DNA from: an uncultured Bifidobacteriaceae bacterium | GTDB lineage: Bacteria > Acidobacteriota > Vicinamibacteria > Vicinamibacterales > JAENWD01 | Assembly: GCA_964446605.1 (NCBI GenBank) | Contig: CAYUPN010000013.1 | Location: forward strand, 16 to 64,015 | Direction of reading: 5' to 3' | Length of the DNA stretch: 64,000 nucleotides | In this document: positions 41,186 through 49,911 of the stretch, piece by piece | Position numbering within the stretch: the first letter of the stretch is position 1 | Layout: every line of letters starts with the position of its first letter | Program-made: the position numbers and the translations under genes | The notes under the pieces: model-generated | Database searches by the model: none | What the model saw: only the letters and a program-made list of their open reading frames with translations | Told to the model about the DNA's origin: nothing

Positions 41186-42608
41186 TGTGCTGAGAGTCGG
41201 AATGCTCGCGGTCCTGTTCGTTGCCGCCGCACCGCTGCCGCCTGCGCCGGCCGTCGCGGCAGCGCAGTCCCGGGCCGCCGAGGTCGACGCGGCGCTCAAA
41301 GCGCGGGTGGAGTCGCAGTTCCGCGTGCTGCCGGTGCGCGGGGGGCTCGTGCTCACGCCGCGACGGGCCGTCGAGGGCGTCGAATCGATCGAGATTCGCG
41401 ACGGGCTGATCGCGCTCAACGGCGAGCCGACCAGCGGCGCGCAGCTCCGCGAGCGCCTTGGCGACGCCGCGGATCTCGTGCTCCAGGTGTCCTATCTGCC
41501 GGCCGACGCGCTGGTCAACTGGAACCGGACGCCCGAGCCGTCGACCCCGCCGGCCGAGTCGCCCGCTCCCGCGCCGGCGCCTGCAGCGCCCGAGTCCGCA
41601 GCCCCCGAACCGGCCGCACCCGCGTCCCCGCCGCCGATGCGGCCGCGCGTGCGCCCGGAGCCCGACGAGCTCGCTCCCAATGGACGTCCGTGGCGGCAGA
41701 GCGCCTCGAGAGTGCGCATCGGCGGCAGCGTCACCGTGCACGAGGACGAATACGTCACGGAGCCGGTCGTCGCCGTCGGCGGCAGCGTCACGGTGCTGGG
41801 CCGCGTCGACGACGACGTCGTCGCGGTCGGCGGCAGCGTCAGGCTGGGTCCGCACGCGCGCGTGCGCGGCGACGTCACCGCCGTGGGCGGCGGCATCGAT
41901 CAGGAGCCCGGCGCGTGGATTGGCGGTTCGGTCAACGAGGTCGGGTTCGGCGTGGGCAGCTTCCACTTCGAGCCGTGGGCCGTCGGTGTGCCGTGGTGGT
42001 CCGGCCACGAGATGTTCGGAGGCGGCTTCAAGCTGCTCGGCACGATTCTGCGTGTCAGCCTCGTGCTGCTGCTCGCGATGCTCGTCGCGCTCGTGGCCGC
42101 CCGCCCGGTTGAACGGATCGCCGAGCGCGCCACGCGCGAGCCATGGGTGAGCGGCTTCGTCGGCCTGCTCGCCCAGCTGCTCTTCGTTCCGGTGCTCGTG
42201 ATCACCGTCGTCGTGCTCGCGATCTCGATCATCGGGATCCCGCTGCTCGTGCTCGTGCCCTTCGGCGTGCTCGCGTTCCTCGCCGCCTTCCTGGTCGGCT
42301 TCACCGGACTCGCGCTGCGCATCGGCTCCTGGGCGGCGCCCGGCCGTTCGCCCTTCGTGGCGCTCGCGGTCGGCGTGGTGCTCGTCGCGGCCGTGACGCT
42401 GCTCGCCCGGCTGCTCGCGCTGCTGCCGGTGCCCCTCTGGCCGATCACCTGGGTGGTTGCGCTCGTCGGGTTCCTGATCGAGTACGTCGTATGGACGATG
42501 GGACTCGGTGCGGCGCTGCTCACGCGGTTCGGCACGCGCGGTGCGTCGCCACCGCCGACCTTCCCGCAGCCGCCGCCGGTCGAGCCGCCGCCGCTGCCCG
42601 CCGTCTGA
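41178..42608 (+). CDS. membrane protein with signal peptide, Pro-rich linker, bactofilin-like beta-helical repeats and a C-terminal multi-TM domain
   Basis: 476 aa. SD GGGAG lies 7 nt upstream. The repeats read IGGSVTVHED..VVAVGGSVTVLGRVDDDVVAVGGSVRLGPHARVRGDVTAVGGGI. At least 4 hydrophobic helices follow, then a Pro-rich tail. Confidence 0.6.
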   Translation: MRSVLRVGMLAVLFVAAAPLPPAPAVAAAQSRAAEVDAALKARVESQFRVLPVRGGLVLTPRRAVEGVESIEIRDGLIALNGEPTSGAQLRERLGDAADLVLQVSYLPADALVNWNRTPEPSTPPAESPAPAPAPAAPESAAPEPAAPASPPPMRPRVRPEPDELAPNGRPWRQSASRVRIGGSVTVHEDEYVTEPVVAVGGSVTVLGRVDDDVVAVGGSVRLGPHARVRGDVTAVGGGIDQEPGAWIGGSVNEVGFGVGSFHFEPWAVGVPWWSGHEMFGGGFKLLGTILRVSLVLLLAMLVALVAARPVERIAERATREPWVSGFVGLLAQLLFVPVLVITVVVLAISIIGIPLLVLVPFGVLAFLAAFLVGFTGLALRIGSWAAPGRSPFVALAVGVVLVAAVTLLARLLALLPVPLWPITWVVALVGFLIEYVVWTMGLGAALLTRFGTRGASPPPTFPQPPPVEPPPLPAV

Positions 42609-42623
42609 AACCGGGAGGGGCTT

Positions 42624-42651
42624 CCGGGGACGCCGCGACCGGCGTCCCCGG
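42624..42651. terminator. GC-rich hairpin in a convergent intergenic region
   Basis: CCGGGGACGCC (42624-42634) pairs with GGCGTCCCCGG (42641-42651), 6-nt loop, no U-tract. Confidence 0.55.
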
Positions 42652-42671
42652 GCTGCTGCGCTGCTGGCGCG

Positions 42672-43274
42672 TCAGCTGTTCTCCTTCATCACCGTCTCGA
42701 GACAGCTCGGACAGATGCCGTGGCTGAACTGCACGTCGGCGTGCTCGGCGATGTAGGTCTCGACCTGGCTCCAGTAGTTCTGGTCGTCGCGGATGCGCTT
42801 GCAGTACGCGCAGATCGGCAGCAGGCCCTGGAGCTGGCGGACCCGCTTGAGGGCGTCCTCGAGCTCCTGCACCCGATCCGCGAGCCGCTGCTGCAGCTTG
42901 ACGACGCGCGCCGCCACGTGGAGCCGCGCCTCGAGCTCCTCGCGGTCGACCGGCTTGACGATGTAGTCGTCGGCGCCGGCGCGCAGCCCCGCGAGGATGT
43001 CGTCGCGCGACGAGCGCGCGGTGAGCAGGATGAGATACGGAGGCACGGGAGGTTGCGCCTCGCGAATCGCCCGGCACACATCCACGCCGTCCATGCCGGG
43101 CATGACCCAGTCGAGCACGGCGATGCGCGGCGCGTCGGCGACCAGCAGGCGCTCGACGGCCTCCGTCCCGTCGGCGCACACGACGGGGCGAAAGCCCCAG
43201 CTCTCGAGCGAGCGCTCGAGCAGCAGCCGGGACGACGGCTCGTCTTCGGCGACGAGGACTTCGAGCGACGGCAG
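42672..43274 (-). CDS. response regulator: receiver domain, coiled coil and C-terminal CxxC...CxxC module; start codon non-canonical or unresolved
   Basis: Receiver residues: EVLVAEDE (acidic pair), VLDWVMPGMDG (phospho-Asp), LLTARS, IVKPV. The first canonical start (GTG 43181) would delete beta1/alpha1. The frame is open back to TGA 43340..43338 and the only start-like codon is CTG 43274. The C-terminus reads LPICAYCKRIRDDQNYWSQVETYIAEHADVQFSHGICPSCLETV. Confidence 0.7.
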   Translation of the reverse strand: MPSLEVLVAEDEPSSRLLLERSLESWGFRPVVCADGTEAVERLLVADAPRIAVLDWVMPGMDGVDVCRAIREAQPPVPPYLILLTARSSRDDILAGLRAGADDYIVKPVDREELEARLHVAARVVKLQQRLADRVQELEDALKRVRQLQGLLPICAYCKRIRDDQNYWSQVETYIAEHADVQFSHGICPSCLETVMKENS

Positions 43275-43302
43275 GGTGTCCGGAGGCGTGGGAGACTCCG
43301 TA

Positions 43303-43818
43303 TCAGAACGGGTTGCCGAAGTCGCGCGCGCCGGGCCTCACCTGGACATTGACCTGTCCGGCCACGATGACCTTGTTGCCCCGCTTGAGACGCAGGCGGA
43401 CTTCGTAGCGTCCGGACTGGTTGTACTGATGTGAGGCCGTGAAGCGACGCTGGATCTCGCTCTTGCCGGCTTCGAACGGCTCGCAGTCCGTGCGGGCCTC
43501 CGAGCGCGTGCCGTCGCCCCACTCCCACTCGATGCTCGGGCAGTAGAGCTCGGCCGTTTCATCCGTGCCGCCGCGCAGCTCGGCGCTCACCCTCACACGC
43601 GCGGGCGAGAAGACGACCGCCGGCGAGGCGCGCAGATGCAGCGACGGCTTCCTGATTTCCTTCTCGTCGGTCTTTTCGTCAGTGGGTCCGGCGGTCTCGC
43701 TGCCCTCGCTCTGACCGTGCTGGCCGCCGGCGGCCAGGAGCGCGGGCGGCAACATGGCTGAACCGGCCACAAGGAGCAGGGAAAGCGCTAGCGCGAGCGT
43801 CACAACTGGACGGGTCAT
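43303..43818 (-). CDS. small secreted PKD-like domain protein
   Basis: ATG 43818 gives a signal peptide (VVTLALALSLLLVAGSA). An acidic low-complexity linker follows, then a PKD-type signature WEWGDGTRSE...HQYNQSGRYEVRLRL. The raw ORF extends to 43947. Confidence 0.55.
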   Translation of the reverse strand: MTRPVVTLALALSLLLVAGSAMLPPALLAAGGQHGQSEGSETAGPTDEKTDEKEIRKPSLHLRASPAVVFSPARVRVSAELRGGTDETAELYCPSIEWEWGDGTRSEARTDCEPFEAGKSEIQRRFTASHQYNQSGRYEVRLRLKRGNKVIVAGQVNVQVRPGARDFGNPF

Positions 43819-43981
43819 AAGGACGTCCGGCTGCGGACGTCGGTGGTGGGGGAGCACCAGCCGATCCGCGGATTGTCGGGGGCCGCCGGCCCGGCGGCGG
43901 GATACGCGTCTCGACGCGATTCTACTCCGGCCGGTGCGGCCCATCAATGGAGGTCACTTGAGCGGCGGGCGCTTTCCGCAC

Positions 43982-43987
43982 TACGCT
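43982..43987 (+). promoter_or_regulatory. candidate -10 element (TACGCT) for pepA, leaderless geometry
   Basis: TACGCT at 43982-43987, then 6 nt, then ATG 43994. Confidence 0.35.
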
Positions 43988-43993
43988 GCCGGA

Positions 43994-45526
43994 ATGCCCG
44001 AGCCCGGGTTCGAACTTCATGTGGCATCGCGCCAGGCGCCGGAAGCGGCCGCCGACGTGCTCGCCGTCCCGGTGTTCGACGGGGACGCGCTCGACGACGT
44101 CGATGGCATTCCGGAGGGGCCCATCCTCGACGTGCTGCGCCGTGCCTGCGAGGCCGGAGAGTGCCAGGGGCGTCCCGGCGAGGCGTTCTGGACGGCGGTG
44201 CCGTCGCGTGATGGCACCGTGCGCGTGCTCGGCGTCGGAGCGGGCGCGCGCGCCCAGTGGGATGCCGGCGCTGCCCGGCGCGTCGCCGCTGCAGCCGCGA
44301 GCGCTGCGCGTTCGCGGCGTCTGCCGACGGTGGCGCTCGTCGTGCGATCGTCGCCGGCCGCGCACGCGGCCGCTGCGCTCCCGCGCCTGGTGCAGGCAGC
44401 GGCCGAGGGGCTCGTCCTCGGCCAGTTCGCCGGCGGTCACCTGAAGACGGCGTCGAGAAACGAGTCGGCGCTCTCGAGTGCGACGCTGCTCACGCCTCCA
44501 TCGGCCGCCGACTCGCAGTCCGTGCTCAGGGCGGCCGCTGCGCGCGGCCGCATCCTCGGCGAGCACACGAACCTCGCCCGCCGTCTCGGCAACGAGCCGG
44601 CCAACCGGCTCACGCCGGCGGAGCTCGCGCGCCGCGTGGAGGACGCCGTGCGCGGAACGGCCGTCGCCGTCGACGTGCTCGACGAGACGCGGATCGCCGA
44701 GCTGCGCATGGGGCTGCTGCTCGGCGTCGCGCGGGGCAGCAGCGAGCCGCCGCGCGTGATCGTGCTGCGCTACGACCCGCCGGGCGCGCAGGATGTGCCG
44801 GTGCTGGGCCTCGTCGGCAAGGGGGTGACGTTCGACACCGGCGGCATCTCGATCAAGCCGGCGGACGGCATGGATCGCATGAAGGTGGACATGGCCGGCG
44901 GAGCGGCGGTGGTGGCCGCCATCCGCGCCGCCGCCATACTCGAGGCGCCGACGCGTCTCATCGGCGTCATCCCCTCGACCGAGAACATGCCGAGCGGTTC
45001 GGCGACGCGGCCCGGCGACGTGCTGGTCAGCGCCGAAGGGCGCACCGTGGAGGTCCTCAACACCGATGCCGAGGGGCGGCTGATTCTCGGCGACGCCCTC
45101 TGGTACGCCCGGCAGCTCGGGGCCACGCATCTGGTCGACGTCGCAACGCTCACCGGCGCCTGCGTCGTCGCGCTCGGCCGCGTGATGAGCGGCGTGTTCG
45201 GAACCGACGCGGATTTCACCGAGGTCATCCGGCAGCTCGGCGAGTTGTCGGGCGACCGCTGCTGGCCGATGCCGGTCCTGGACGACTACTTCGAGCAGCT
45301 CAAGAGCGAGGTCGCCGACATGACCAACACCGGCGGGCGTCCGGGCGGCGCCGTCACGGCGGCGGTGTTCCTGAAGCAGTTCACCGGCGGAGTGCCGTGG
45401 GCCCATCTGGACATCGCCGGCACGGCCTGGAGCGACGAGAACCGGCCCCACCAGATCAAGGGCGCGACGGGAGCCGCCACGCGGCTGCTGGCGGAACTGG
45501 CGCTGGACCCCGGGCGGTGGACGTAG
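43994..45526 (+). CDS. pepA: leucyl aminopeptidase (M17)
   Basis: 510 aa. Motifs VGKGVTFDTGGISIKP, MKVDMAGGAAV and the M17 signature NTDAEGRLILGDAL. Confidence 0.92.
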   Translation: MPEPGFELHVASRQAPEAAADVLAVPVFDGDALDDVDGIPEGPILDVLRRACEAGECQGRPGEAFWTAVPSRDGTVRVLGVGAGARAQWDAGAARRVAAAAASAARSRRLPTVALVVRSSPAAHAAAALPRLVQAAAEGLVLGQFAGGHLKTASRNESALSSATLLTPPSAADSQSVLRAAAARGRILGEHTNLARRLGNEPANRLTPAELARRVEDAVRGTAVAVDVLDETRIAELRMGLLLGVARGSSEPPRVIVLRYDPPGAQDVPVLGLVGKGVTFDTGGISIKPADGMDRMKVDMAGGAAVVAAIRAAAILEAPTRLIGVIPSTENMPSGSATRPGDVLVSAEGRTVEVLNTDAEGRLILGDALWYARQLGATHLVDVATLTGACVVALGRVMSGVFGTDADFTEVIRQLGELSGDRCWPMPVLDDYFEQLKSEVADMTNTGGRPGGAVTAAVFLKQFTGGVPWAHLDIAGTAWSDENRPHQIKGATGAATRLLAELALDPGRWT

Positions 45527-45558
45527 CCCGGGGCGCTCAACCGGAGTAAACTCGGATC

Positions 45559-45786
45559 GTGGTCCAGTCCTCCCCGATTCTCGTGCGGGTCGTCGGCCCG
45601 GCGTCAGACGAGCTGACGCTGGGGGATGTCATCCTCGGGGCGCTCGGCCTCACGGGCGCGATCGCCGCGACGGCGGTGGTCCTCGGCATCGTGCTCGGAG
45701 GCCTCTTCATCCTGTACCGCTTCCGCCGTCCGCAGAATCATTTCAACGGCGAGACCAGCGACGAGCTCTCCCTCCGCCTGACCTGA
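45559..45786 (+). CDS. small hypothetical membrane protein
   Basis: 75 aa with GTG start. One strong TM helix (VILGALGLTGAIAATAVVLGIVLGGLFILY) is followed by basic residues. No homology recognised. Confidence 0.4.
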   Translation: MVQSSPILVRVVGPASDELTLGDVILGALGLTGAIAATAVVLGIVLGGLFILYRFRRPQNHFNGETSDELSLRLT

Positions 45787-45805
45787 GCCCCGGCGCGCGC
45801 CGCGC

Positions 45806-47518
45806 TCACTCCTGCGAGGCGACGGTCGTGACCGCCTTCAGCGACCGCTGGTAGCGGCGGATCCCCTGATACAGCGCTTCCGCGATCTGCTGGCGGTAGC
45901 TCGCCGTCCTGAGCAGCCGTCCCTCGACGCTGTGGGTGACGAACGAGATTTCCGCGAGCACGCTCGGCATGCCGGCGCCAATCAGCACGACGAACGGCGC
46001 CTGCTTCACGCCGAGGTCCCGCACCGCGCGCTTCTGCTTCGTCAGATGCTCGACCATCGCGCGCTGTACGAGGGTCGCGAAGTCGCGCGACTCGTCCAGC
46101 TTGTTGTTCAGCGCGATCGCCTTCACGATGTCGGGCAGGTTGTGCATCGTCCGTCCCGACGCGGAGTTCTCGCGTGCGGCGACCTGCTCGGCCTCCGGGT
46201 TCGAGGCGAAGTTCAGGAAGTACGTCTCGATGCCCCGGGCCTTCGGATTCCGCGACGCGTTGGCGTGAATCGACAGGAACAGATCGGCCCCCTCGCGGTT
46301 GGCGATTGCCGTGCGTTCCTCGAGCGGCACGAACACGTCCGTGCGTCGGGTCAGGATGACCTCGGTGCCCGGGTCCTTCGCCAGCAGCTTCTCGAGCCGG
46401 AGCGCGACATCGAGCACGAGCGACGCTTCCGACAGGCCGCGCGAGCGTGCGCCGGGATCGCGGCCGCCGTGCCCGGGATCGATGACGATGCGGTGGACGC
46501 CGAGCCCGAGCTGCCGCGAGAGCGAGTAGCGTCCCCGCAGATTCGCCGATGGGGGCGCGGGCGCCGTCGTCGGCGCCGTGGAGCCCTCGGCCGGACGTGC
46601 CGCCAGCGGCGCGTTGGTCGCCGGAGGCGGCGGCGTGGTGACGTTGGAGGCCCGCGCAGGCACGTCGGGGGCCGACGGCGCGCCGGCGCCACCGGCAGGC
46701 ACCGCGTCGGTCCGGCGCGGCGCCGGGGCGGTCGGCGACGCCTCGGCGGCGAGGCCGTCGGCGCGCGCGTGCGACTCGCGCGCGATGTCGACGACGATGC
46801 GGAAGGGGTCGTCGAGCGTGAAGACCTTGTGCGGCGAATCGGTGCCGAGGTCGAGGACGACACGCGTCGCCCCGTTCGGCTGGGGGCCGAACCGCACGGC
46901 CTTCACCTGATCGCCCTCGATCACGAGCGGGTTGTCAATCGACCCCGGCGTCGTGCCGGCGATGTCGAAGAAGACGCGCGGCGGATCGCCGAGCCGGTCG
47001 TGGACGAAGCCCGTCTTCCGATCGAGCTCGATCGCGATCCGTACCGCTCCGGGCAGCACCGATCGCCGGATGGCCGTGATGCTCGCGACGTCCTCGGCAG
47101 GCACTCCCGGATCGCGCGCGGCGGCACGCAGGGTCTGGACGGCTGGACGGGCCTTCGGCACGAGCGAGCTGCTCGGGTACTCGCGGATCAGCCAGTCGAG
47201 CAGCCGCACCGATTTCGTCCGGTCCTCCTCCACGCGATACCGGGCGTAGCTGTCCGCCAGGAGCATGGCGGCCTGCCACAGCGCATTGTCGCTGTAGCCG
47301 CTGCGTGGATAGCGCCGCACGATGCCTTCGTAGCCCACGACGATCCGGCCGATGTCGCGCCGGACGATCCGCTCGGGACGCGCGGCCTCGAGCGCGCGGC
47401 GTGCGGTCGTCTCGCGCGCCTGCAGTTTCTGGTACATGCCGCGCGCGGTCGTCTGCGCGATGGCGGCGTCGGCGGGCCAGAAGAGCAGGGCGATCAGCAG
47501 GACGATGAAGTGGCGCAT
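45806..47518 (-). CDS. N-acetylmuramoyl-L-alanine amidase (Amidase_3/AmiC family) with N-terminal TPR-like and AMIN-like regions
   Basis: Catalytic domain motifs are VIDPGHGGRDPGA, DLFLSIHANA and GIETYF. ATG 47518 gives a signal peptide, and SD GGGAG lies 8 nt upstream. An Ala/Pro-rich linker lies mid-protein. Confidence 0.85.
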   Translation of the reverse strand: MRHFIVLLIALLFWPADAAIAQTTARGMYQKLQARETTARRALEAARPERIVRRDIGRIVVGYEGIVRRYPRSGYSDNALWQAAMLLADSYARYRVEEDRTKSVRLLDWLIREYPSSSLVPKARPAVQTLRAAARDPGVPAEDVASITAIRRSVLPGAVRIAIELDRKTGFVHDRLGDPPRVFFDIAGTTPGSIDNPLVIEGDQVKAVRFGPQPNGATRVVLDLGTDSPHKVFTLDDPFRIVVDIARESHARADGLAAEASPTAPAPRRTDAVPAGGAGAPSAPDVPARASNVTTPPPPATNAPLAARPAEGSTAPTTAPAPPSANLRGRYSLSRQLGLGVHRIVIDPGHGGRDPGARSRGLSEASLVLDVALRLEKLLAKDPGTEVILTRRTDVFVPLEERTAIANREGADLFLSIHANASRNPKARGIETYFLNFASNPEAEQVAARENSASGRTMHNLPDIVKAIALNNKLDESRDFATLVQRAMVEHLTKQKRAVRDLGVKQAPFVVLIGAGMPSVLAEISFVTHSVEGRLLRTASYRQQIAEALYQGIRRYQRSLKAVTTVASQE

Positions 47519-47534
47519 GCGGGAATCTCCCGGG

Positions 47535-49898
47535 TTACCGGAGCTGGGCATCCACGGCATCGAAGTAATCCTTCGCGACCAGGACCTCGCGGGCCTTGCC
47601 GCCGGAGCCGGCCGAGACGAGGCCTTCGGCTTCCATCATGTCGACGAGCCGCGCGGCGCGGCTGAACCCGATGCGCAGGCGCCGCTGCAGGTACGAGATC
47701 GAGGCCTGGCCGCTCTGCACGACGATGCGGGCGGCCTCGTCGTAGAGGTCGTCCTTGTCGAACTCGATGCCCTCGGACGGCTTGTCCTCGGACGTGATCG
47801 ACTCGTCGTAGCTCGGACGGCCCTGCTTGCGCAGGAAGCTGGCGAGCCGTGCGCTCTCCTGCTCGGAGATGTAGGGCCCGTGAAGGCGGATGTAGCGCGA
47901 CGAGGCCGGCGGCAGGAACAGCATGTCGCCGCGTCCGAGCAGCTGCTCGGCGCCGTTGCCGTCGAGCACCGTCCGCGAGTCGATGCGCGAGGAGACGCGG
48001 TAGGCGATGCGCGACGGCAGATTGGCCTTGATCAGGCCGGTGATGACGTCGACCGAGGGACGCTGCGTCGCGAGAATCAGGTGAATTCCCACGGCGCGCG
48101 CCATCTGCGCCAGCCGGCAGATCGACTCCTCGACCTCGTTGCCGGCGACCATCATCAGATCCGCGAGCTCGTCGATCACGACGACGATGAACGGGAGCGC
48201 CTTCGGCCGCTCGCCTTGCGCCTCCGGCGGCAGCTCCTCGAGCATGTGCCGGATGTTCCGGTTGTACTGCTCGATGTTGCGGACGCCCTCCGCGGCCAGC
48301 GTCTTGTAGCGCTCCTCCATCTCGCGCACCGCCCAGCGCAGCGCGTTGCTGGCCTGCTTCGGATCGACGACGACCGGCGTGAGCAGGTGCGGGATGTCCT
48401 CGTACATCCCGAGCTCGAGCCGCTTCGGGTCGATCATGATCAGCCGCACGTCGTCCGGTGTGGCGCGGTAGAGGATGCTCGTGAGCATCGCGTTCAGGCC
48501 GACCGACTTGCCCGTGCCGGTCGAGCCCGCGATGAGCAGGTGCGGCATCGACGCCAGGTCCGCGAAGAACGGCTCGCCGTGGATGGTCTTGCCGAGCGCC
48601 AGCGTCAGCTTCGACGTCGACTTGCGGTAGGCCTCGGATTCCAGCTGCTCGCGCAGCGAGATCGTCTCCCGGACCTGGTTGGGCACCTGGATGCCCACCG
48701 TCGACTTGCCGGGCAGGCGGTCGATGATGATCGACTCCGCCTGGAGCGCGAGGCACAGGTCCTCGGCCAGGCCCGTGATCTTGCTGTACTTCACGCCGGC
48801 TTCCGGCTTGAACTCGAACGTCGTCACGACCGGGCCGGGGTGAATCTGGACGACCGATCCCTCGACCGAGAACTCGCGGCACTTGTCCTCGAGCAGCCGC
48901 GCGCCCTCCATCAGCTCGCGCTCGTCGATCTTGCGCTCGCTCTTCGGCGCGTCGAGCAGCGAGAGCGGCGGCAGCGTGAAGCCGCCCATCCGGCGCTCGA
49001 CCGGCGTGCGTGCCGTGGCGTCGGATTCCTCGAGCGGCAGCGGCGGCGTGGTGATGCGCGCGCGCTCGCGCGGCGCAATCGGCGGGGCAGGGGCCGGCCG
49101 CGCGGGCGGGACGGGCCGGATCGCGGCCTCGCGCGCGGGCTCGGCCCCCCCGTCGTCGTCGGCCGGCTTCGCCCTGGCCTTCGCGCGTGCCGCGCGGGCG
49201 GCCGTCACGGCGGCCTGCGCGGCGTCGACCGATGCCGGAGGCGCGCCGGCCCGCCGCGTGTGCTTGGCGATCACTTCGCGCCGCTGCTGCTCCTTGTGGC
49301 GCTCCTCGCGCCACTCGGTGAACGCGTTCCACCAGCGGCGCGCCGCCTCCGTCGTCTGCTCGAACAGGGCCGCGAACGCGCGCCCGAAGGAGAACTGCGT
49401 CGTCAGGATGATCGCGAGCACGAGCAGCGTGAGGATGACGATGATCGAGCCGGCCCGGTTGAGGTACGCGGCCGATGCGCCGCCGATCCAGTCGCCGATG
49501 TAGCCGCCGGCGCGGAACGTCCGCCCGGCGAACTCCTCGCCCCCCAGCACCAGGCTGAGGAGCGCCGCGAGACAGCCGAGGAGCAGCGCGCCGCCGACCG
49601 CCTTCGTGTAGCCGGCGTCGACCGTGCGGCACCAGAAGAAGTTCCAGCCGAGCACGCCGAGCACCGCCGGCACGAGGAACGACGCGTAGCCCAGGAGCTG
49701 GAACGAGGCTTCGGCCAGGAAGGCGCCGACCAGCCCGACGAAGTTCGCCGGCGCGTGCGACGCCCCCGACGTGAAGAACCACGCCGGATCCGTGGGCTCG
49801 TAGGTCACGAGCGCGACGAGCCAGATGAGCGAGGCGCCGAAGAGCGCCACGCCGGCGATTTCACTGGCTCTGCGCGACAGGGTCGAGGCTGGGGCCAC
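47535..49898 (-). CDS. ftsK: DNA translocase FtsK
   Basis: Four N-terminal TM helices and an Ala/Pro-rich linker. Motor domain has HLLIAGSTGTGKSV and VVVIDELADLMM. The gamma domain reads ISYLQRRLRIGFSRAARLVDMME. GTG 49898 has AGGAG 10 nt upstream. The raw ORF extends to 50420. Confidence 0.92.
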   Translation of the reverse strand: MAPASTLSRRASEIAGVALFGASLIWLVALVTYEPTDPAWFFTSGASHAPANFVGLVGAFLAEASFQLLGYASFLVPAVLGVLGWNFFWCRTVDAGYTKAVGGALLLGCLAALLSLVLGGEEFAGRTFRAGGYIGDWIGGASAAYLNRAGSIIVILTLLVLAIILTTQFSFGRAFAALFEQTTEAARRWWNAFTEWREERHKEQQRREVIAKHTRRAGAPPASVDAAQAAVTAARAARAKARAKPADDDGGAEPAREAAIRPVPPARPAPAPPIAPRERARITTPPLPLEESDATARTPVERRMGGFTLPPLSLLDAPKSERKIDERELMEGARLLEDKCREFSVEGSVVQIHPGPVVTTFEFKPEAGVKYSKITGLAEDLCLALQAESIIIDRLPGKSTVGIQVPNQVRETISLREQLESEAYRKSTSKLTLALGKTIHGEPFFADLASMPHLLIAGSTGTGKSVGLNAMLTSILYRATPDDVRLIMIDPKRLELGMYEDIPHLLTPVVVDPKQASNALRWAVREMEERYKTLAAEGVRNIEQYNRNIRHMLEELPPEAQGERPKALPFIVVVIDELADLMMVAGNEVEESICRLAQMARAVGIHLILATQRPSVDVITGLIKANLPSRIAYRVSSRIDSRTVLDGNGAEQLLGRGDMLFLPPASSRYIRLHGPYISEQESARLASFLRKQGRPSYDESITSEDKPSEGIEFDKDDLYDEAARIVVQSGQASISYLQRRLRIGFSRAARLVDMMEAEGLVSAGSGGKAREVLVAKDYFDAVDAQLR

Positions 49899-49911
49899 CG
49901 TGCAGGGTCTC

